A DNA stretch of 64,000 bases from Iphione sp. A-MEVVRFRX5 (Eukaryota). Every line of letters starts with the position of its first letter. Within the stretch, counting starts at the first letter, position 1. This document shows, piece after piece, positions 1-11,429 of the stretch. The notes under the pieces were generated by a model, which saw only the letters and a list, made by a program, of their open reading frames with translations, made no database searches and was not told where the DNA came from. Position numbers and translations under genes: made by a program. The stretch spans positions 21,824,001-21,888,000 of the forward strand of contig OZ320313.1 of assembly GCA_976226885.1 (NCBI GenBank), written 5' to 3'.

Positions 1-2
1 GC

Positions 3-128
3 CATAAAGTACCGGCCAGGTGTAAGCCCTCTCATCATCAGAGAAAAAGTATAGACGGCTAGGGCGACCGTATTGAGCACCAATTCTGTGGGCAGAAGTA
101 TTCCAAAATACATAAGCCAGGGAGCCCG
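3..128 (-). CDS. Probable class A GPCR-like exon (TM1 to start of TM2); gene runs off the window start
   Basis: Manual translation RAPWLMYFGILLPTELVLNTVALAVYTFSLMMRGLTPGRYFMA: hydrophobic helix with an Asn, then MR..Y..A spacing compatible with the class A N1.50 to D2.50 distance (the Asp would lie just outside the window). Preceded by a polypyrimidine acceptor (tctccacccttag, minus strand). Confidence 0.45.
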
Positions 129-192
129 CTAAGGGTGGAGATCATCGTTCGTTCGAGATGACCAGTTCCCCTCCATTTCCTCCCCTACTTAC

Positions 193-230
193 TCTGTAGT
201 GTTGTAGGCCATGCCACTCACTGGAATTGA
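193..230 (-). CDS. Putative 38-nt upstream exon of the GPCR-like gene (NSSEWHGLQHYR)
   Basis: Acceptor atttaatttcctgtcag and consensus donor gtaagt at 192-187. Splicing a 64-nt intron (192-129) joins it in frame to the 128-3 exon and supplies an N-S-S sequon. Confidence 0.35.
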
Positions 231-2400
231 CTGACAGGAAATTAAATCATAGTACCAGTCATAAAAAAATGCACAGTTTTATTGGTAAGGAGACATCGAC
301 CTTAAGAGGCGTGCTTCACCGTTTTTTAAGCGTGAAAAGATTTGATGCTCTTAAAAATCGGCCTACCATGACCATGGGTGTGTTGACTAAATATTCGGTT
401 TTCAAATAGAAACTGGAAAATGCAGTCGCCACCATTTCATTAGAGCAAACAAAGCTAAAATATCAGCTTACCTAGAAGTTCTAGCCTGATGTACGATAGA
501 TGTGAAATATCTATATACAGGTACAAGCCTATGTGCGAGTAGCAAGTGACCTCATTAAGATTGACCTTGTCTTCAAATATTGATTATTTTCAATAAGAAA
601 AATGCACACTAATACATTTATTCGTAGGTTAAAGACACCCGTATTTTTAAATATACCTTTAATTTTAATGATTTATTCATACCTTACTTACATGTTCAAT
701 TGTATGTATGGCCCGGTCAAGCATACAAGGACTAATTCCATGCACCTGTGCCTGATTGACAAACAATGGAACATGTCCCAAGTCTTTTGGTGCACATGTC
801 TGTGTTTGCCTACAAGTATATGAACCAGGACCCAGGCCCAGGGCCAGGCAAGAGAATATTTCATATCATTAGCATAAAAACTGCTTAATAACTTTGTGTC
901 AATTTATACAGAATTTCTACCAAAGAAACACAATTTACACAAATTTAGGTCACTCTATATACAAATTTCCACCCAAACCGCACAATTTGCTTAGATTTGT
1001 GTCAATCAAAATGAAATCCTATGTGAATCTCTTTAAATAAAACCATAATACATTCATTGTCTATATATATGACTGAAACCCGGATGTGGAAATAAGGTTA
1101 CATCGATAAACAATCGTCCTGTTTTTCCCTAATCACTGTATAAACATCTCAAAAGACCGACATAAAAATTGCACGCACAGTACAGCACCACCTTATTGGT
1201 CATAGCAGAAGAAAACCTTGTGTAAAGTTTGGTCTTTGGACTGGTCATGGTCTGTTGCAAATCATGCATTTACAACATATGTTTTACCACCCACCTAAAT
1301 GCGTATATAAAAACTACGTAAGTAATAGTTTTATTTTGGATAAATAATCAGCTATGTTTATCTGAAGAAAAGACAACCTTGCAATAGGCCAAATATTTTT
1401 GATATAGTTTTTGCGTGTTTAGTTGTCCTCGTTAAGATCACCATGTACAGTATCACAATGGATGGATCTGTAGTTTTATTATAGATGGTACAATGACCCG
1501 CATAATTCCACCCACATATAGCTAATAAAAGGCTACCATTATTTGATTTTCTGTATGACTCCACAGTTCAACGATCTACCTCAGACATGCCCATAAACCT
1601 CCATTTGAAAAGTAGCAGCAGTACAAAGTTGCAGTGCGATAAAGAGCCAAGAATATACAACGGAAGCTACGGGTAAAAAATTGCAGAACATACACTCCAG
1701 GAACTGCAGAGGTAGGTTTTCAGCTTGTTCCTAGTAGAAGTAATCATTTGGAGATGCTCTCTAAGGCAAAATTTCCATGCACCTGTGTTTTCATGGATGT
1801 GTGAATGTATTTTCGTTATGTTTTTTTTGAATACATGAATATACACGTGTTTTGATGTGCGTGTGGGGCATAGAGCAAGTTTTCACAATTATGTTTCCAA
1901 AATGGGAAATATTCCATTTTCCGTGTGTCACGGTGCATGTTTGTGTGAGAAGTATAAGAAGAGTGATGGCAAAAGAGTGTTATTTGGTATGTTTCATGAA
2001 TTAAAGAACCTTTAGGCCTAATTTCCTAAGGAGCTCCAAGTGCATTAGTTCAGCTTAGCATCCCCATGGCAATAAGTTCCACAAAGCAGTTCCAAGTGCA
2101 GACTAGTTTATTGGCCACTCAAGGCCTGCATTTATAACAAGTGTGAATGTCATGGGACTAAGCGATGTATCAACCATGTATCAAATTATAGAATAAAATG
2201 GATACAGTGTGACTTGTGTTAATGCTCTAAATGAATTAGATTACTGCAGCAGCTAGATAAAAAGTAGCAGGTGCCTGGATCATCAGGGTCCAACCCAAAT
2301 TTTAGGTTACCAAATACATGTACCCTTTCCCCTCATATATGGTCATGGCACCATGAACACTTAGTCAAGTTGGGATCACTTAGCTAGGTTGGTTGCCATA

Positions 2401-5400
2401 GGCGCATTCCCAGTTAAGCGTGGCATTTAGGGATATAAATAGTTATAAAATAAACTTCTTGAAAATGGAATATATATGTAATTATATTAAAATAGAAGGG
2501 TTAAGGCCCCTGAATTTAAAAAAATTCTTATTCAAGACCTAATATTTATACAGAATGATGCCAATGCTTCTTCCTATGTGTTTTCTTAAAAAAAGGGGAG
2601 ATGTCACTTACGACATCTTACCAATATGTTTTACAATGGCAAATTAGTTAAAATTAACATACTCTAAGCTGGTTTAATTATGTGAATTTAATAATACATA
2701 TCATTTACTATGAAATATATCTTTTTTTATATATGAAATAGTGAAATGCTACTTTTACTGTCAAGTGTACTGATATCCTATGGAACGTGCATAATCTCAT
2801 TCCACATTATGGCATTAAAGCATTACAGAATGATTAAGATTTAGAAATATTTAAGGCAGTTCAGATGAGTAAATACATCATTAAAAGACATGAAATGGCT
2901 GAAATTTCTTTGGACAATCTTTATATATCATGCATGTCTATATCAAGTAACAGTAGTATCAATGCAAAAAATGTGCTCTGAATATGTCGTAAGTGACTCC
3001 TCTGTAAACTGTGACTGCTATATCGTACAACTGTAACTCCTATACTGTAGTAGTCAAATGTATAGTCAATAATGCATAAAATATGACTGATAGTTATGGA
3101 GTTGACAACAAACAGCTTCAAAATATGCATCAGGAGCATAACCAATATAAAATGGCTCAAAATACAACAAGTCCATGCAGAAAAAAACTAAGACAGACCA
3201 ACTACTTCATACATGCTTATTGATAGCAAGTCTTAATCTGATGTTTATCATGTCTCTATAATGTAGACAACAGTTGGCCCATAGATATAGGAAAAATGTC
3301 CTCTTATGTAGAGAGAATGTGATCCGTGCTGTCCATGTCGTAAGTGACCTAAAAGTGACATATCATATTCTAACCAGTCTCATTGCAACAAACACTATAA
3401 AACACAACGGAAATGTAATACACAGTGAAATGTATGAATGTTTATCAGTATTATATGATTAAATGAACATTTGGTGTTATCTGTCAATTTCTAGAAGATG
3501 TATCTGTCGTAAGTGACTGATTAGTGACTGGTTACTCATCCATTTTCTTGAATGCAGCTGTAACATTTTCCATGACCTGTGGTGGTATAGCATACACAGG
3601 GGGCCTTTTTGAAGGCACAGGCTCAGGTGCTGGAACATTTTGAATTACCTCACAGTAATTCATCCAAAGAATATCTTTTTGCTGGGGCCATCTGAGAAGA
3701 CATCTGCCCTTCTTGTGGTACTGCATGAAATTTATCTCCACCATTTTCTCATCATGATCCTGCTTTGTGATAATTCCAATGTAGAAATCCTTGTCGTAGA
3801 CAGCTGCAACCCAGGAGTTGACAGAAAAATCTGTCTCCTGCTTTATGAGGTGGAAGTCCCATCCGGGGCAATACTTCTTTGTTTTACACTGATGGCAGAA
3901 GCAACTTGTTTACCTTGTGCCTACTACTCCTGGATCAGGTGAGATGACAGCATGGAGGGACATGGTGCCTTTTACAGTGAAGCAGTCTTGGATATCTTCG
4001 ATCAGTTGACTTCCCATCGTCAGTTCTTCTGTAGTGAGGAAATGGGAATGAATCTGCAGATTGGCACTCTTCAGCCACCTGGCCATGTCAGTGGCATCTG
4101 AAATGATAACTTTGTCCTGCCTGACAGCTTCTGAGGCCATCCTCTTGACTGTTCCCCCGAGTCCATCACAGGGGCCTTTACCATGGCCAATCTCATGATA
4201 AGACCATGTCCCTTGTCTGTGAAAGTAGTGATTATGGTTCCCAATGAGGTGAAACATGAAACGGTTCCTGTACTGAGAAGTTGGGCTGTCCGTGATGTAA
4301 TGGACAGTCCTGATCTCTTTCCCTATCTTCTCAGTGATAAATGCGTTCATCTGGAGGAGAATAGCTGCCACTGTGGATACATTGTGGGCTAATGTATCAC
4401 TGATGAAAACTTGACTCAGGTGAACCAACTTCTCATCTTGCTTGTAGTAGTAGACTGCTGGGTGTACTGTCACCTGTTGTTGAGCCCAGTAACCTGATTG
4501 TACTTCATCAAGGTATTTACATGTAAAATTTTCTGCAAAGTCCATGTGGACCGCAACCTCATCTTCTTGTAGGGTCTCCTTAAGAAGCCTTATGTTTTTG
4601 TACTGTTCACTGATCCTGTATACATGCTTCCTAAATTTCTTGAGGTCTGCTCACAGGAGGGTCACGAATGGAGCCTTGGGCATTGACTTCTCCACACACT
4701 TCAGAAGAGACTTGGTGTCAGTCACCTTGACCTTGTCCCACATGTAGAACGTGACATCATCAGTTAGGCTACATGCAGAGATGATGTTGTTGTCATCATT
4801 CTCCCTCACTAGCTGGTCCGGGGACATACTGATCTTCACTGCCTTTAATTTTAGGGCGAGATTCTGGTGATGGATGCAGAGGCAAACATTTCTGTTAGTG
4901 AATGAGGTGAGCTTCACATATGCTGGGCGAAGTTTACTGAAGACTGTAAGACTCATTGTAACATCAGGATGCTCTTCTAGGAACCTTTTCCAATTGTTCA
5001 TCTGATAGTCGAGAAGGACTCTTGATTGTTTCTTCTCTCCAGCTTTCATCCTTGTGCAGTCCCTCTTCCCTGGCATAGCACGTGAGATATCATCCCTCAT
5101 GTAGAAATCCAAAACCATCTTCTTCAGGCTGTCTCTGAGATGGAACTGATGTCTCTTTGGTTGTTTTTTCTTGATTGTCACCATGTGATTCCTATTAGTT
5201 TTAGTTTGCATCCCAAGATATCGGATTACTCTGTACCTCTTGGTTATTTTGCCCACTAAAAGTTCTTCACATCTGATCTTCCTCTTTGTCAGGTTTTTCC
5301 TGTTTCTTCCATGAAGCTGAGTTATCAAGGCATGATGGGCTATCAGCTGCTGCCTCAGGTGTACATGTTTTTTGGGATCCAAGCCTGCTTTTCTGAGAGT

Positions 5401-7190
5401 GGCATCAGCTTTCTGTGGAGAAGTCGGCACTGTTTTCTTACAAATCTCAGTCATCTTCTGCTTCAATCTGTTCAGACGTTTCTCCAGCTTCCATATTCTT
5501 TTTTTGCTCTGACACTTCTCATCCTGCAATCTCCTTACTTGATGTCTGGTCTTGGATAAGGCCCTACTGACTCTCTTCCTTGATCTGTTCCTAGGGTCAG
5601 AGGGAGGGCTGTTGAATGAGAACTTTACCCTCAATGAAGTGGTTGCTTCAGATTCATCTTCCTCTGCTGATGCTTCGTGGATATTCCTCTCAGCTTGTTC
5701 TCTTACTTCACGAAGCCTAGCTCGTCTTCTTGCTTGGGCTCGCCTGTTGACCTCTCTTCTTCTCTGTATTGCATCCTCATCAGCACCAGGATATGTGTAG
5801 TATTTCATCACTCGATTGCATTCCCTTTTCAACCAGGCTTTCCCTCCAGGTGAAGCTTTTTTCCTTTCTCTATAATCGTGGCAGGTCTCTGCAACACTCT
5901 TTCTTGTACCCATTTCTGACAGAACTTCAAAGTGAAAAACAAAAACAAATAAATATGTTTTTTCAAATAAAAAGACATTGTTCTATGAGAGCCATGTCTG
6001 GGTAATGTCTGTGAATAATTTAGTAATTTTCCATTATTCCTTTCACATAATATTGGCATGAGCGCCCACCCTAGTATAAGCTATGATTAAGTGGTCACTT
6101 ACGACATATTAAGTGTCATAACACTTCTTCTGTATTCAATGTAATATTTTCATCAAATTATCTTATAATAATGACATATAACAATTCTCTGTATATTGTT
6201 TCATTATTTTACCATATAAATACATTCATATCACATTGTTAGTTAAGTGTACTCACCAAAAAATATCCAGCCGTGAACAAATACTTCTCCATCCGACCAC
6301 TGGGGCGCCCAAGTTCACTTGTAGTTCACATATATAACACCAGGGTGTTACCCTGGTGTTAGGTAAGGACATCTGGTGTTGTTTTACAAAACTACCACCT
6401 TTTCTTATGACGATATGACGTAGACATGTCGTAAGTGACATATGTCATAAGTGACACAACAGTGATATATGACAAGGTAACAAACACTTTGATATATATT
6501 GTGTGCATTTATTAATGATTTTCTCATCAGCAAGGAGTAACCAAGCTATATGATTAATATCAAGTAACTGTGAATCGTAATAACTTGTGTACATAGCTGT
6601 CGTAAGTGACCTCCCTTAAAAATATAATGTAAGTGATATGCATCACCTCAAGACCATTACTGAGCTGTGGGTCACTGCCCAAAAACATATGCATTTTTTA
6701 TTTAGGTAATTTTGTGTGACCATTATTCATTATTTGTTTATATTTCCCTTCTTAATTTTCTTCTTATAATTATAGTTTTATTTAATATGTCGTAAGTGAC
6801 ACAAACATCATGGACATTTTGTATCATCATGTAGTTTCCCTTCAGATCTGTTTTTCAAAAAATTGTTAGTGCAAATATTATAGGTACAGTCTGAGGCTTC
6901 TCTGTCAGAAACCTATCAAGTGTATATTTATAGTATTTGTTACCTTTCCATGTAAATATTTTCAATACCTACTGCTATTGGACATAGGTTTTTCAGGTAC
7001 ATTCCACCTTTATTTCATGTTTATTCATGTACAATTCATGAAATGACCATTAAAACCTATATGAATATTGTTGAGAAAAACATGGAGATTCTGTTGGTGT
7101 AGGTATTTCCATTATAAAGCTTCAAGATAACTGAATTCTTATTAATAAACCCATTGGACATGAAATACCATGCTTAACTGGGAATGCGCC
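2401..7190 (-). mobile_element. Near-intact DNA transposon, 4790 bp, probably Sola2-like
   Basis: TIRs ggcgcattcccagttaagcgtggcattt (2401-2428) and its reverse complement at 7163-7190 (26/28 match). 4-bp TSD CATA at 2397-2400 and 7191-7194. Internal transposase frame and repeated GTCGTAAGTGAC motifs. Superfamily assignment is inferred from remembered motifs. Confidence 0.9.
3532..5913 (-). pseudogene. Transposase, 793 codons in one frame with two premature stops (TGA 4653-4651, TAA 3912-3910)
   Basis: The three ORF-track pieces (4651-5913, 3910-4545, 3532-3744) share one frame and the gaps translate open (LL*ADLKKFRKHVYRISEQYKNIRLLKETLQEDEVAVHMDFAEN; GTR*TSCFCHQCKTKKYCPGW...). Motifs: NVCLCIHHQN, MDFAENF, ITDSPTSQYRN, GHGKGPCDGLGGTVKR. 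Confidence 0.88.
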
Positions 7191-8739
7191 CATAGAGTAC
7201 AATCTACATTGCAGTGATCATGGCACCATGAACATTGAGCTAAGCTAGGCTCACAGAGAATAACTTACAGATGTAGTATTCATGGTACCAGAGTTCACTA
7301 ATACTCCAGATGGTCAGGGACCATGACCATCTCTTCAATATGTATGTCTAACTTACAAGTTTCCTGATGCCATGCAAAAAGATTATCAATGAAAAAAAAA
7401 ACAAACTGGAGCATATCTTTCCAAGTCCAACACATTCACTTCTAAATTGTCTGATTTTAATGCAATAAGGACCATATAAAAGGTAACACCTAGAGAAGAA
7501 AATAAGCCATGCCATGTTTTTCTAGAACAATTATTAGGGACTTTGTGGCCAAGTTAAGTTTTGTCGTGGAATCGTGATGAAAATGACTTTTTATTGCCAA
7601 TGTGCATGTATGATTTTGTCTCCTAATGGTGGCCATTTTAAATCATGAGCCGGCACCTAAATTTCAAATGATAGCATCTTTGCAACTGATAAAAATAGAG
7701 AGTTGTGCTATAACTCAACCTTCTCCCCAGAGTGTCAGCATCCATATGAATCTTCTCCCATCAAAATTGGATGAGTCTAGGTTATGTGGCAAAGGAAATA
7801 AACTCCATGATGCAAAATGTCTCATTGGAAAATATCACCAACGAACATGCGGTATACGTCAATTTCTGAACAGTATCCCCGTACCCTGTATACACACAGG
7901 CAAGAAATAAATCTATGATATCAAAGTGGCTGATGATTGATGCCAAACTATACCACCTGTTTGTGATATAGATGTATTTACATCGCCGAAAAAACAATGT
8001 GTATAGAAGTTGTTTTGCTGAATAATAGCAGTGATTGAACAGACTGGATTATTTAGGGATTTATTGTATGGACAACGTATGATATTCTATGAGATAAGCC
8101 TAGTTTTTACATGTAGAAATATGTTTTTCTATTGCTTGGATACAAAACATGACGTTACATGGCTTTTCAGCAATCGTAACAACCGCATGCAAAGCACGTC
8201 CACACAGCTATTAAGATTTCAGAATGGAGAAGCTGTTGCTTGCATTTACTGAAAAAGGGTGAGTGTTGCTGATGAGCAGGAATTTAGAGAATTATTATAC
8301 ACTGTAAGCTAATACATAATGGATATGTAAATGTTTTGAATGAGTAAATATTTATATAGCTCCCACAACAACATTATTTCTATGTGGTGCTATGTTCATG
8401 ACGCTGAACATGTATTCATGTCTATATGGTCCTAATGCTTACATAAGAGCAATTATGCCATCTTAATCCCAATGACGCGATCATGTACAGACCATTAGAT
8501 ATGCACAAAACAATAAAATAGACACAATTTATATTCTATTTACAGACTTGACGTACCTAGTGGCCTCATACGGCTGATCGAACAGGGTTGTACTATGGAT
8601 GAGGTTTTTGGAAAATTGTGCGCCTCAGCTAAGGTTAGACATTCTAAGTGAGCCATTTTATATTTATCTGTGTAAATATGCAGCTAATAGTAATATAAAA
8701 AGGTGAGTAAACCACTATCCATACATAACTTTGAAGAAA

Positions 8740-9290
8740 CATTTATGTACAACTGTAATGCCTTTACTGCATGCGCTATCATTGGGAGAACATATGTCTC
8801 ATGCGTACCCCATCTGTTCTCCAGTATGGAAGTGACCTAGGAAAACATCATCATACATTCACCTTTCCTATCGAGGTCAGGGAGGCGGTGCATGAAAAAT
8901 TCAAACATGTGGAAGAAAAGCATTATGTTGAGCAGTATGAGCAGAAGGCCGGAGTATGTACACTGTGTTATTCAATCGATAATCTATTAATAGGGTACAT
9001 CTTCCTATATGAACCATTCTTATTGCCGTACATACAAAACTAATTGTGTTTCCGTTAATTACAGGTTTATCACTTGTCACTGGAAGACATGGCAGTACTG
9101 GTGTACCACAAAGGAAAGTGACGTGCATGCAACCAACCTTCATTACATGTAACAGAATTATTATTAAATACACAAAAATACCCCCTGAAGAAGGAATCAA
9201 ATATTATCCGAAACGTTGGGAAATAAAAATCACCAAAAACGCATATGCCGAGTTGTGTTAGTATGTTCCATATCACCTTTATACATAAAA
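8740..9290 (+). mobile_element. Degraded Penelope-like element 3' end (GIY-YIG C-terminal remnant plus pseudo-LTR)
   Basis: ORF 8771-9043 contains KHHHTFTF..EVREAVH..KAGVCTLCYSIDNLL, resembling the PLE endonuclease tail (H..F...REA+.I...G...L...YD.LL). It is followed by a hammerhead-type motif and AAATAAAA. Boundaries approximate. Confidence 0.45.
9181..9220 (+). ncRNA. Minimal type I hammerhead ribozyme motif (Penelope-type)
   Basis: CCCC-CTGAAGA(9185-9191)-A-GGA...TCC-GAAA(9210-9213)-CGTT-GGG: CUGANGA core, GGA/TCC stem II, palindromic ACGT stem III, GUU cleavage triplet (9215-9217), 3-bp CCC/GGG stem I. Confidence 0.5.
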
Positions 9291-9819
9291 AACGTGTATG
9301 AAGACGTTCAATTATTATTACTTATCAAATCCAATGCTAGCATTAATAGATAAACAAGTAAATCCAAAACATACCATCATGGTGCTGTCTGAGGGGTCTC
9401 TACTAGCTACAGATGGTATGCTCTCATCCAGCTTTGGGGAATCTCCTGCAAATTCATTTCCGATGAAGAATTCTTTGTCCAAATCACTTTCTTATTGGGA
9501 CATACCCCCAGTATCCATTTTGTAAAGTTTTTCATATTCCATCCCTTCCTTATTTATTCTGCTCGTTTGGGACGTTCCGTGTCCATAGCATTTAGTGAGC
9601 ACATAGAGACCTACTCAAACTAATCACTCAAAAATTCTTGTATAAACCTTTCCTGATGTCTCCAAAATGAAGTAATTAATATTTATTACCTTCTTCTCCT
9701 TATATCCACTATAATATTGAATCTATTATTATTAGTTGGCCAGATGGATGGTGAATGATGGTGGATGAAACGATTGTTCGCCAGCTAACAAGTCATTTTT
9801 CCTCTGCCTGTACTCAACA

Positions 9820-10160
9820 TAAAATAAAAACTCTGCCATATTATCTACCTGTATGGGCACCATCTTACCTTTCAATACTCTGACCCACCTTTTCAATACT
9901 ACCAGAACCGCCCACAATTCGAAGACATTGATATATTAGTATCACTAATATTCCCTCTTACTGATACTACCTTGTCTCCGGTAAGGGATAATTGCATGTT
10001 TATAGAATCAATCATATACTTAGGAATTTGCAATTTCTTCACGGGCTCATTCATACATTTCTCCATGGACACTTCAAGAACTCCTCGATCACATCCATCA
10101 ACACATTTTGCAAAAACTCTCGTTCCATTTCGTCCGAGCCAACAACTATAAAATCATCTA
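9820..10160 (-). mobile_element. DIRS/Ngaro-like reverse transcriptase remnant (copy 1)
   Basis: *LDDFIVVGSDEMEREFLQNVLMDV, then after a frameshift LEVSMEKCMNEPVKKLQIPKYMIDSINMQLSLTGDK. Matches the DIRS RT pattern YLDDF..G...LG.P...K..P...L.FLG..ID...M..SLP.DK. Confidence 0.55.
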
Positions 10161-11206
10161 GCTAGTTTATTAGCCTACCTCCACACCTGAACTTAAACTC
10201 ACCCACAATTAATAAGATAACTGACTAAAATAACAACTTAATAACTGACTTAAGTCCAAAACATAATACATTATTCACATAATATGACCCATCGCCATTC
10301 TGCTTAGTCCAAGAAAACCCCTAGAAATCCCTGTGATTTTCCTTCACTAACAACAGATCTATACACACTTTTTATGTCGCTCGTTGACATCCAAACACTA
10401 TAGTTCGATTAGTTGCATACATCGTTTAATGATTTGTAACTAAATTCCTGGTGGGTCTTCTTCATGAAATTGTTAATTGCTTCCCCCCTAGGCATAGAAC
10501 AGTTAGGGGACGGCGTGTTCCATCCCTTTTGGAATTTACACAGCGTGGTTTGTGGGAACATTTGAAGATGAACACTTTGCTCAGTTCATAGTCATTTTTT
10601 TCATTCATCTGCTGTCTAATTCCCTAGACAAGATGGGATCATAATACAAGTTTACAAGTATACTATTGTAATGTGTACCTAGTCTCTGATGAGGGGGGGG
10701 GGAGGGGAAGCTACGATCCCAGAGGAATGAACAAAGTCCACTCAAAATATCTGGTTCATTCCAAATGCAAGATGTCTGCTGAATGCTGAATGAGATAGAA
10801 ACTGCTTTACTCAGTAAAACATGGTCCTTATATATAAAGTCAAATCTATTTTAAGTATGAAAATTGGATAAGACCCAAAAATCGAGTCGCAATGTAAGTT
10901 GGAACATGCCGGAAAACGTATTTGCGTCACAGTGCAGGTTTACCTAACAAGTTGCAAATAAAGTGCATATCTTTCAGCTGGAGACTTGCTTTAACCATAT
11001 TGTATATCACAGTTCTCATCAACAATATTGAATCCATTACTTATCCCTCTCCGAGCACGAATTTAAGACACCGGCATTATCCAAAATAGAACGTGACAAG
11101 TACACAAAGTAGCCTAACGGCACATTTTCAACGGGCTCATTTTCCCACCTGTATCATGTGTTCACAATTACAGGTACCAATAATACATGATTTTGAAACA
11201 GGGATA

Positions 11207-11367
11207 CAGGCCCTAGACAGAAAGTTTTCTGACATTATCGGACGATACCCTCAATGCCACACAGGGGGATCTAAGTTTTTTTTTACCTCGATGAAAGCCT
11301 GTTGGCATTAATGTTTTGGGGGTATCGGGCGATACCCCCGATATATACCCCCTTGGCTACGGGCCTG
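11207..11367. mobile_element. hAT-like MITE, 161 bp, 5-bp TSD
   Basis: Termini caggccctagacag ... ccccttggctacgggcctg; GGATA at 11202-11206 and 11368-11372; internal ggggtatc/gatacccc repeats shared with 18129-18563. Confidence 0.65.
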
Positions 11368-11429
11368 GGATAATCCTTTCACTGCTGTGACTCTTTGCCA
11401 CACACAAGGCATTTTAAAAATTGACCTCA

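Noticed and set aside
3804-3913. AG|GTAAAC donor-like site at the second transposase stop, suggesting the stop is spliced out
   Set aside because: The nearest acceptor gives a 25-nt intron (too short) and the next plausible one (3805-3804) shifts the frame; neither stop has a recognised readthrough context.
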